Source: an uncultured Pseudomonadota bacterium (GTDB taxonomy: Bacteria > Pseudomonadota > Gammaproteobacteria > Natronospirales > REEB76). Taken from it: a DNA stretch of 64,000 bases. Shown here one piece after another: positions 9,464-17,789 of the stretch. A model generated the notes under the pieces. The model was not told where the DNA came from. It saw nothing but the letters and a program-made list of their open reading frames with translations, and did no database searches. Both the position numbers and the translations under genes were made by a program. Every line of letters begins with the position of its first letter. The stretch's first letter is position 1. The stretch is from assembly GCA_963774895.1 (NCBI GenBank), contig CAVZGN010000002.1, positions 386,091 to 450,090 of the forward strand, read 5' to 3'.

Positions 9464-12400
9464 ATGAGCATCCGATCCCTGTCCATTGGATTCCGTACCA
9501 GCCTCAGCCTGGTGCTCAGCCTGTGCCTGACGGCGCTGCTGGTGTCGCCGGCCGTCGCAGGCGCGAAAACAGCTTCAGCGGATATCACCAGTGCGTTTAA
9601 ATTCCGTGATATCGGCCCGGCAGTCGCGGGCGGCCGGGTGTCCGCGGTGGTCGGCATCCAAGGGGATCCCAATGTCTATTACGTTGGTGCGGCCGCCGGC
9701 GGCGTGTGGAAGAGCACTGACGCGGGTGATAGCTGGAAAGCGGTATTCGAGCACAATGACAGTGCCTCCATCGGCGCCATCGCCGTGGCACCTTCCAACA
9801 CCAACCTCGTGTGGGTGGGTACCGGCGAGGCCAATGTGCGCAATGACACCATCACCGGCGCCGGCGTGTACTACTCGCCGGATGCCGGCAAGACCTGGGA
9901 TTTCAAAGGATTGAAAGATGCCGGCCAGATCGCCGCCATTGTGATCGACCCGAAGAATCCCGACATCGTGTTGGTGGCCGCCTTGGGAAATCCCTGGGGC
10001 AGCAATCCCGAGCGAGGTGTGTTTCGCACCACCGACGGCGGCAAGAGCTGGCAGAAAGTCCTGTATGTGAATGACAGCACCGGCGCCTCCAGCATCGTCA
10101 TGCAGCCGGGCAATCCGCAAGTGCTGTTCGCCGCCCTATGGACGGTACGCCGCACTCCCTGGAACCTGATCAACGGCAGCGCCACCGGTGGTGTCTGGCG
10201 TTCCACCGACGGCGGAATCACTTGGAAGAAATTAAGCAAGGGGTTGCCCACCGGCAATACCGGCCGCATCACGCTCGCCATAGCGCCTGGCAATCCGGAG
10301 CATGTCTACGCCCTGATACCCACCAAACACGGCACACTGTGGTCGTCCACCGATCTCGGTGACGATTGGGCGATGATCAGCGACAACCACGCGCTGGCGG
10401 TGCGCCAATGGTACTTCGCCGGCATGCAGGTGGCCCCGGACGATGACAACAAGGTTTATTTCACTTCCCTGGAGTTGATGGAGTCGGATGATGGCGGCAA
10501 GACCGCGCATCCCATCGACAAAGGTGTGCACGTGGATCACCACACCGTATGGATTGACCCGCAGAATCCGCAACGCATCATCCAGGGCAACGATGGCGGC
10601 GTATATCTGAGCGTCAACGGTGGCAAGAACTGGCGCTTCCTGGATACCCTGCCGATCGAGCAGACCTACATGGTGTCGGTGGATGGCCAGTCGCCGTTCA
10701 ATGCCTGTCTTGGGCTGCAGGACAATAGCGCCTGGTGCGGTCCCACCAGCACCCTCAACCAGCGCGGCGTAACCGGCAAGAACTGGTTCACGACCGTCGG
10801 CGGCGACGGTGAATATGCGGTCATCGCACCCAGCGACCCGCACATCATCTACGCCGATCTGGAAGACGGCTACACTATGCGCTACGACACGCGTACGCAT
10901 CTCTCGAAGATGATCCGGCCCACCACGTCCTATGGACTGCAGAACACTTCAAAGACCCTGGCTGAATCCGAATACCGTTTCAACTGGACCTCACCGATTG
11001 CGGTCTCGCCAACTGATGCGAATAGCGTGTATCTCGGCGCCAATGTCTTGTTCAAATCCACCGACGGCGGGGATAACTGGCAGGTCATCAGCCCGGATCT
11101 GACGCGTAACGACAAGAGTAAGCAGCAGGCTCCCGGCGGCCCGGTGTATCACGATGTCAGCACCGCCGAAAACTACGACACGCTGTTATCCATCACACTG
11201 GCGCCCAGCGCGCCGGATAAAGTGATCTGGGTGGGCACCGATGACGGTCTGGTGCAGCTCACCCGTGATGGCGGAGCGCACTGGGACAACGTCACGCCAA
11301 AAGAGGCGCCGCAATGGGCACGGGTGTATCAGATCGGTGTTTCGCCGTTTGATGACGGTACCGCGTTTGTGAGTTTCGATGCCCACATGGTGAATGACGA
11401 TCGGGCGGATGCTTACCGCACCACCGACTACGGCCGCAGCTGGACACGGATAACGAGAGGCTTGCCGGAGCACACGCCGGTGCTGGTGGTGCGTGAAGAC
11501 CCCAACCATAAGGGCCTGCTGATCGCCGGCACCATGACCGGACTTTATTATTCGACCAATAACGGTGACCGGTGGCAGGCTCTCAAGGGCGATTTCCCGA
11601 CAATACCGGTATTTGACCTGCAGTTTGTGCCTGCTACCCATTCACTGGCGGTCGCCACCCATGGGCGCGGTCTTTTCGTATTGGATAACCTGCGGCCGCT
11701 GGAGGAATGGAATGCATCGATTACCAACAGCGATCTCCATCTCTTCAGCCCCCAGCCGGGCACGCTGTATAACCACTGGTCGACCGATGAAGGCCAGCAA
11801 TGGATATACTCGGCCCCGAATGCGCCCGAGGGTGTGCAATTCAGCTATTACCTGAAAGCGGAGATCAAAGCCAAGGATAAAAAAGACAAAAAAGGTCCAG
11901 TAATGATCGTGATCAAGGATGCCCAGGGGCACACCGTCAATACGCTGCATGCTCCAGGGAAACAGGGACTGAATCAGTTCGCATGGGAAATGGATTATGC
12001 AGCCCCCACGGCCATCGATTTCATCAAGAGTGCAGGCGGCGAGCAGGAGCGCGGTGGCCCACAAGTACTGCCTGGCAGCTATACAGCGTCCTTGACTGCG
12101 GGTGGCCAAACACTGACGCAAACTGTGTTGGTGCGACTTGATCCCAACGTGAACGCCAGTCTCGCCGACTACCGTGACCAATTGCTGATGGCTTTGACCA
12201 TGCGCAACCAGATGAGCAGCCTAAATGAGATGTTGAACCGGCTTAACGCCTGGCAGCAGCAGCTCGGTGGCATGGGCGAGACTCTCAAACAGGGCGGCCA
12301 GGAGAAAGCCGATGTGGCGATCCTGGCGGCAGCCAGCAAGCTGAACGACAAGATCACAGACTTGAAAAACATCTTGTTGAATCCGGATGTCCAACATGAC

Positions 12401-12676
12401 GTGGATGAGGATTTCCTCAAAGACCTGCCGCATTTCCACGGCGAAGTGCAATGGAACTCGTTTTTCCTCGGCGGCTATGCCCAGGCACCGAGTGCGCCAT
12501 TCAAGAGCAAGGTGGCGGAGTTACAGTCGCGCCTGCAAGGCTATATGGGGCAGTTCAATCAACTGCTGCAGCAGGATATTCCCAGCTTCAACAAGGCGGC
12601 CTATGCGGCCGGTGTTCCCACATTGCTGATAGGCAAACCCGCCGTGTATGAAAAACCGCAATTGCCGCAGCCATGA
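9464..12676 (+). CDS. BNR/Asp-box repeat (sortilin/VPS10-like, glycosidase-like) secreted protein, 1070 aa
   Basis: Signal peptide present. Multiple Asp-box motifs SxDxGxxW: KSTDAGDSW, YSPDAGKTW, RTTDGGKSW, RSTDGGITW, ESDDGGKTA, KSTDGGDNW, LTRDGGAHW, RTTDYGRSW, STNNGDRW. Confidence 0.85.
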   Translation: MSIRSLSIGFRTSLSLVLSLCLTALLVSPAVAGAKTASADITSAFKFRDIGPAVAGGRVSAVVGIQGDPNVYYVGAAAGGVWKSTDAGDSWKAVFEHNDSASIGAIAVAPSNTNLVWVGTGEANVRNDTITGAGVYYSPDAGKTWDFKGLKDAGQIAAIVIDPKNPDIVLVAALGNPWGSNPERGVFRTTDGGKSWQKVLYVNDSTGASSIVMQPGNPQVLFAALWTVRRTPWNLINGSATGGVWRSTDGGITWKKLSKGLPTGNTGRITLAIAPGNPEHVYALIPTKHGTLWSSTDLGDDWAMISDNHALAVRQWYFAGMQVAPDDDNKVYFTSLELMESDDGGKTAHPIDKGVHVDHHTVWIDPQNPQRIIQGNDGGVYLSVNGGKNWRFLDTLPIEQTYMVSVDGQSPFNACLGLQDNSAWCGPTSTLNQRGVTGKNWFTTVGGDGEYAVIAPSDPHIIYADLEDGYTMRYDTRTHLSKMIRPTTSYGLQNTSKTLAESEYRFNWTSPIAVSPTDANSVYLGANVLFKSTDGGDNWQVISPDLTRNDKSKQQAPGGPVYHDVSTAENYDTLLSITLAPSAPDKVIWVGTDDGLVQLTRDGGAHWDNVTPKEAPQWARVYQIGVSPFDDGTAFVSFDAHMVNDDRADAYRTTDYGRSWTRITRGLPEHTPVLVVREDPNHKGLLIAGTMTGLYYSTNNGDRWQALKGDFPTIPVFDLQFVPATHSLAVATHGRGLFVLDNLRPLEEWNASITNSDLHLFSPQPGTLYNHWSTDEGQQWIYSAPNAPEGVQFSYYLKAEIKAKDKKDKKGPVMIVIKDAQGHTVNTLHAPGKQGLNQFAWEMDYAAPTAIDFIKSAGGEQERGGPQVLPGSYTASLTAGGQTLTQTVLVRLDPNVNASLADYRDQLLMALTMRNQMSSLNEMLNRLNAWQQQLGGMGETLKQGGQEKADVAILAAASKLNDKITDLKNILLNPDVQHDVDEDFLKDLPHFHGEVQWNSFFLGGYAQAPSAPFKSKVAELQSRLQGYMGQFNQLLQQDIPSFNKAAYAAGVPTLLIGKPAVYEKPQLPQP

Positions 12677-12796
12677 TGGAATCGGCTTGCATATCGATAT
12701 ATTTAGACAGGGTGACCGCCAGGGACGGCGGTTGCCTGCGTGATCGCCGGCAGTCGATGTTAGGTTCAGTGGTCTAGCACTCGATCCGCCGGCTCC

Positions 12797-14129
12797 TCAA
12801 GGTCCGCCAATCCATACCTGGGTGGATAGGTAATAGTCCGGCTCATCAGGTCGCGAATATTCCGCTTCGCCGAACAACGCCATCTCCGCATGTTTGGGAA
12901 TGGCCTGGGTGTAATCACATAATCCAGACCGGCAAAACGCCGGGATCTTTTGCCACAATGATTCGCGGAAATCATGCGTCATAGAATAAGCTCGCCAGAT
13001 ACGCACGCGTGCTGGCGGAATATCAGAGATCATGCGCAAGCTGACGTGGCCTGCACGTTGCTGGAAATGCCAGTCGAGTTTCGCCAACGGTGTGCCTGTG
13101 CGCATGTGATCAGCCAGGATCGCCAGGTCGGCGAACAGGCGGACGTAATCCGTGGGATTATGGCCGTTGTTGGGTAGGTACAGCAGATACTTGTCACCAG
13201 CCAGAGAAGACCAGTACACATTGGCAGAATCAATCGGCCAGTACGGATCATTAGTCCCAACGATGACAAGTTTGGGCTGCTTGATAGCTGCGAGATAATT
13301 CCAGGGATCTACCAGTTCCATCAGATCGGATGCCTGGCCTGACTGTACTTTGTTCACCAGATTCACTGCGGCTGTAATCGGCGATCTCCTCCGAGAGTTT
13401 GCCCCAGACTTTATTCTGGAGTCGCAGCTGTACCGGGATATCCAGCATGCTGAAGGACATGGGCGCGATAGCGTGCACGCGTGGGTCGACCGCGGCCGTG
13501 AGCCAGGTGGTCCAGCCGCGCTTGGAAGCGCCCAGAACCAGGAATTTCTGGATGTCCGACTGCCAGTTGTGCGCGGCATAGGACTGCACTGTATCCATGG
13601 CGTACACCGCGCTTTTCACCATCGGCAGTGGCCAGCTGGGATCATGCGTTGCGAGATAGCGCCTGAATGTATAGGCGATGAGCCCATCCTCGGTCTGGCC
13701 ACCGAATAGGGGCTCCTCCGGTACTTGCCTGAGTACGGCCGGCGGCATGCGCAGAGCGGTGGCCAGTGCTTCGTAGGCGTCCGCCATCGGATTGTCGGTG
13801 CATCTGGCTTTGGAATCTAGATATTGATCACGCCAGTGTCCGCCGGCGATGAACAATGCTGCGGTCCGTGTAGGCGTGGGCATACCCGCAGGACGGATGA
13901 TGTAGAGCTGGTGATGCCAGACGATGCCGTGCCATGTCTGGGAGGTCAGGAGCAATTCCGCAAATTCGCCACCCCTGTAGGTGGCTGTGCATAAGGCTTG
14001 CCAGCGGTAACTTGAATCGGGCTGCGCAACATATAGCACCAGAAAATCCGGCTGTGCGGCCCGAGCACGCACACTTGCCATAACCGACGCAAGCAGGATT
14101 GCGCTAATTGGCAAGAGTGCGCGTTTCAT
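12797..14129 (-). pseudogene. PhoPQ-activated pathogenicity-related (PqaA-type) secreted hydrolase-like gene, interrupted by a frameshift near 13371-13374
   Basis: Two overlapping ORFs in different frames (13251..14144 and 12797..13579) together encode one protein. The N-terminal part runs ...LVLGASKRGWTTWLTAAVDPRV...WGKLSEEIADY. The C-terminal part runs AAVNLVNKVQSGQASDLMELVDPWNY...VIVGTNDPYW...LPNNGHN. The total span is 1333 nt, which is not a multiple of 3. Confidence 0.75.
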
Positions 14130-14148
14130 CAGAACAGCTATCACAGAA

Positions 14149-15507
14149 TCAGGCTACAGGAGTGCGATTGGACATTCCTTGTGCGCGCCGCTGGTAGGAC
14201 GCCCAGATAAAATACAGCGGCAATCCTAGCAGGGTGACGCCGAGACTCACGCCGGTGGATACCGGGTTTTCGTAGAGCGAATAGCCCACCACCAACAATG
14301 TGCCGAGTACGAACAGCGCTGGAACCACTGGATAACCCAACACTTTGTATGGCCGTGCAAGCTCCGGTTGACGTCGACGTAAGACGAATAGACCGATAAC
14401 AGCCAGCGCCAGAAACGGCCAGATACCGAGCACGTAGGCTTCGGCGAGATCCAAGAAGTCCCGGAACGCCAGAAACACCATCGCCAAGGCCCAACTGAAG
14501 ACAATGGCCACATGAGGTGTCTGGAAGCGTGGATGGACCTTACCCACGGATTTGAAGAACAATCCGTCCTGCGCCATGGCGTAGAACACCCGCGGATCCG
14601 AGAGGATGCTGCCGTTCATGGAGCCAAAAGTGGAGACCATCACCAGCACCACGATCACCACCGCTGCGCCCTGGCCGAGCGCCGCGGTCACCGCATCGCT
14701 GGCCACCGCTTTTGATGACGCCAGAGCATCGAACGGTAACGCGACTGCGAACGCCATGTTCATTACGAGGTACACGACAAGTGTCACCAGTGTTCCACCG
14801 ATGAGAGCCCTGGGGAGTGAGCGTTGTGGATCCTTCATCTCGCCTGAAAGCGGCGTGATGTTGACCCAGCCATCGTAGGCCCAGAGCGCGGCCACCAGTG
14901 CCACGGCCACACCCGACCAGAGGATGTGGCCCGAGGTCACGCCTGCTAGGCTCGCCGCAGGATGCGGTGCGAAGCTGAATAGCGTGATGGCGAGACCGGT
15001 GAGCGCCAATAACTTGGCGCCAGTGGACAGGTTCTGCACCCATGCGCCCAGACTTAAGGAGCAGTAACTCACCGTCGAAAGCACAGTGATGAGCGCCGCC
15101 GCCAAGAGTTTTTTCTCGATGTGCGTGAACGCGACCGTGCTGCCGAAATAGTCGGCGAATGTAATGGCCTGCGCGGCCCAGGAATTGGGCGTGGTCAGGA
15201 GCCACATCCAGCCGAACATGAAGGCCAGAGCAGGGCCGAAGGCCTGCCGCAGGTAGACGTAGGGCCCACCCGCATCCGGGAACATGGCGGCGAGTTCCGC
15301 GACTGAAAGCGCGCCGAACAGCGAAATGAGACCACCCAGTACCCATACCAGGGCCACCCCCGTGAGGCTGCCGGTGTCGGCGGCAATGGGCGATGGCACC
15401 TTGTAGATGCCACTACCGATGATCACGCCCACGACTACCGCGGCGCCGGTCCAGGCGCCGAGCTTGCGCGGTAACTGGGGTGATGGGTGTTTGTAACTGT
15501 CAGGCAT
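14149..15507 (-). CDS. APC-superfamily amino acid permease
   Basis: About 12 predicted TM segments with typical APC N-terminal signatures (GAAVVVGVIIGSGIYKVPS). I used the ATG at 15507; the ORF track begins at an upstream GTG. Confidence 0.85.
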   Translation of the reverse strand: MPDSYKHPSPQLPRKLGAWTGAAVVVGVIIGSGIYKVPSPIAADTGSLTGVALVWVLGGLISLFGALSVAELAAMFPDAGGPYVYLRQAFGPALAFMFGWMWLLTTPNSWAAQAITFADYFGSTVAFTHIEKKLLAAALITVLSTVSYCSLSLGAWVQNLSTGAKLLALTGLAITLFSFAPHPAASLAGVTSGHILWSGVAVALVAALWAYDGWVNITPLSGEMKDPQRSLPRALIGGTLVTLVVYLVMNMAFAVALPFDALASSKAVASDAVTAALGQGAAVVIVVLVMVSTFGSMNGSILSDPRVFYAMAQDGLFFKSVGKVHPRFQTPHVAIVFSWALAMVFLAFRDFLDLAEAYVLGIWPFLALAVIGLFVLRRRQPELARPYKVLGYPVVPALFVLGTLLVVGYSLYENPVSTGVSLGVTLLGLPLYFIWASYQRRAQGMSNRTPVA

Positions 15508-15677
15508 GGACGCGCAGCCTGCCACAGTGACGCTCCGCCGTCACCTCATCCTGCTATGCCAGGTAGCTTGTAAACCGGTATATTTCGCTACCGGGTAACC
15601 CGCTGACAGCCAGTTCGTCCACTTAGGGGTAGACAAATTACCAGAAGCGTTATCACAGTAGCGGAGACAGTTACTGT

Positions 15678-16109
15678 ATGAACACGTTTACTGGCGGCTG
15701 TTACTGCGGCAACCTTCAAATCAGTTTTGAGACCGGGTTTGATCAGGCGAACCTGCCTCTGCGTGTCTGCCAGTGCTCGTTCTGTCGTGCCCATGGGGCC
15801 GTAACGACTACGGACCCCAACGGCCGTGTAAGCATTTGCGCAAACACGCCTGTGCGCCTACGCCATTATCGCTTCGGACTCGGGATCACGGATTTCCTCA
15901 TATGCGCAGACTGTGGGGTATTTGTGGGCGCACTGATGCACATCGAGGGCGCGCTTTATGCCAGCATCAATGCCAATATTTTTAATGAGCGCGGCGGCTT
16001 GCAGGGCCAACCGCGGCCGGTAGACTACGCGGATGAAACTGATGAACAACGCCGCGCGCGCCGCAAGCAAAACTGGACTCCTGCGATACTCACCGGCAAG
16101 TTGGCTTGA
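15678..16109 (+). CDS. GFA (glutathione-dependent formaldehyde-activating / CENP-V-like) family zinc protein
   Basis: The Cys pattern GGCYCG...CQCSFCRAHG...CADCG is characteristic of the GFA/DUF636 fold. Confidence 0.8.
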   Translation: MNTFTGGCYCGNLQISFETGFDQANLPLRVCQCSFCRAHGAVTTTDPNGRVSICANTPVRLRHYRFGLGITDFLICADCGVFVGALMHIEGALYASINANIFNERGGLQGQPRPVDYADETDEQRRARRKQNWTPAILTGKLA

Positions 16110-17789
16110 ATGGCCAGACAAATAATCCGGATCTGCATCCTGATATTGGCAGTGGCTGTTTCAACAGGCCGGCTGGTGCACGCAGACACCTGTCCAGTGC
16201 CAACCAACAGTGACGCAAATCAATGGCGCGGAGAGGCTGGATGGGATGAACTTGCCGCCCAAGGTTACCGCATCGGTGATGTGCACATCATCGTGGATAA
16301 TGTATTCGATCCCAATGATCCATACGCCGACAGCTGGTACGCGCGCCTCGCCAACAAATTGCATATCAAGACCCACCCCGGGGCGATTCGCGAGCAACTG
16401 CTATTCAAGTCAGGAGATCCGGTTGACCCGCGCGTCATCTACGAAAGTGCGCGCCGTCTGAATGCCCTGCTGTATTTGCGTGAGTCCAAAATTCGCCCGG
16501 CAAGCTGCAGCGACCGCCGCGTGAATGTCGACGTGACGGTCAAGGATGCTTGGACATTGAAACTCGACATCGCATTCGCCCACATCGGTGGGCAGAATAC
16601 CCTGCAGTTCGAAGTCACGGATGCCAATTTCCTGGGCACCGGCAAGGAACTGAGCGTGGGACACACCAGCAATCCGCAGCGCAGCGCCAACCTGGTGAAT
16701 TATCTGGATCCATCGTTGTTGGGCAGTTACTGGCAACTGGCCGCCACTTACGAGGACCTGTCCGATGGTCATATCAAATATCTGAGCGTCGGCCAGCCTT
16801 TCTACGAGGATCAGACACCCTGGTCGGTGCAGACGAGTTTTTATGATCAAGAGGAGAACCTCAACTTCTACAACCAGGGCACGCTCGCTTGGTCCGCACC
16901 TAGCAGCCTGCAACAACATTATGTGTCATGGGCGCATCTCATCGACTGGTCGGGCGCAGATCAGAGCGGCACGCGTGCCGGTGTGCTGTACACCGATAGC
17001 GATTACGGCTACGGGCCGTTGCAGCCAGACTACCCCGGATTATTGCCCGAGCCGACCTTGACGCCACGTGAACTCGCCGGCGTGGGTCTCACCTGGGAGT
17101 ATTTCCAGGACCGGTATGCGAGCTTTACCAACATGCTCTACATAAACCGTGCCGAGGATTACAACCTGGGCTGGAAACTGGACTTGCAAGCCGGGCATTA
17201 CGGCGAGAGTCTGGGCGGCGATGTGTCAGCACCGTTTTACGGTGTATCGGCCTCCTGGGGAACCGAGTTGCGCGGCGATACTTTATTGCTGGCATCCGCT
17301 TTCGCCTATGACCGTCAACAGGATGGCGTTAGCCAGAACCTGCAGAGCAATCTGACCTTGACCGCCTATAACCAGTATTTTCCCTGGCAGACACTGGTCG
17401 CGCATGTGCAATGGGATTCCGTGTTGCGGCCGGATCCGGAAAGTTACTTGTACATCGGTGGTCTACAGGGCTTGCGTGGTTATCCCAACTATTATGCTAT
17501 CGGCGACCGCCGCTGGCAGGCGACATTCGAAGACCGAATCGTCACGCCGGTACAGATCCTGAGTCTGTTCCAGCTGGGATTCGTGGGCTATGTGGATGTG
17601 GCCCAAATCCATCAGTCGTCGCCAACCACATGGAGCCCGGTTTATAGCGATGTCGGGCTGGGATTTCGCATCGGCAATATCCGCAGTGCCTTCGACAATA
17701 CTTTCTACTTCACCGTCGCCTGGCCCCTCAAGAGCGGACCCGGCGTGCATGGGCACGAAATCGTCATCGGCAACATAATCAGTTTCTGA
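16110..17789 (+). CDS. Omp85/BamA-TamA superfamily outer-membrane protein (POTRA + surface-antigen beta-barrel)
   Basis: Signal peptide, a POTRA-like region (YRIGDVHIIVDNVFD...VDVTVKDAWTLKLDIAF) and a barrel with a terminal aromatic residue (GNIISF). The ATG directly abuts the GFA stop codon (TGAATG). Confidence 0.75.
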   Translation: MARQIIRICILILAVAVSTGRLVHADTCPVPTNSDANQWRGEAGWDELAAQGYRIGDVHIIVDNVFDPNDPYADSWYARLANKLHIKTHPGAIREQLLFKSGDPVDPRVIYESARRLNALLYLRESKIRPASCSDRRVNVDVTVKDAWTLKLDIAFAHIGGQNTLQFEVTDANFLGTGKELSVGHTSNPQRSANLVNYLDPSLLGSYWQLAATYEDLSDGHIKYLSVGQPFYEDQTPWSVQTSFYDQEENLNFYNQGTLAWSAPSSLQQHYVSWAHLIDWSGADQSGTRAGVLYTDSDYGYGPLQPDYPGLLPEPTLTPRELAGVGLTWEYFQDRYASFTNMLYINRAEDYNLGWKLDLQAGHYGESLGGDVSAPFYGVSASWGTELRGDTLLLASAFAYDRQQDGVSQNLQSNLTLTAYNQYFPWQTLVAHVQWDSVLRPDPESYLYIGGLQGLRGYPNYYAIGDRRWQATFEDRIVTPVQILSLFQLGFVGYVDVAQIHQSSPTTWSPVYSDVGLGFRIGNIRSAFDNTFYFTVAWPLKSGPGVHGHEIVIGNIISF

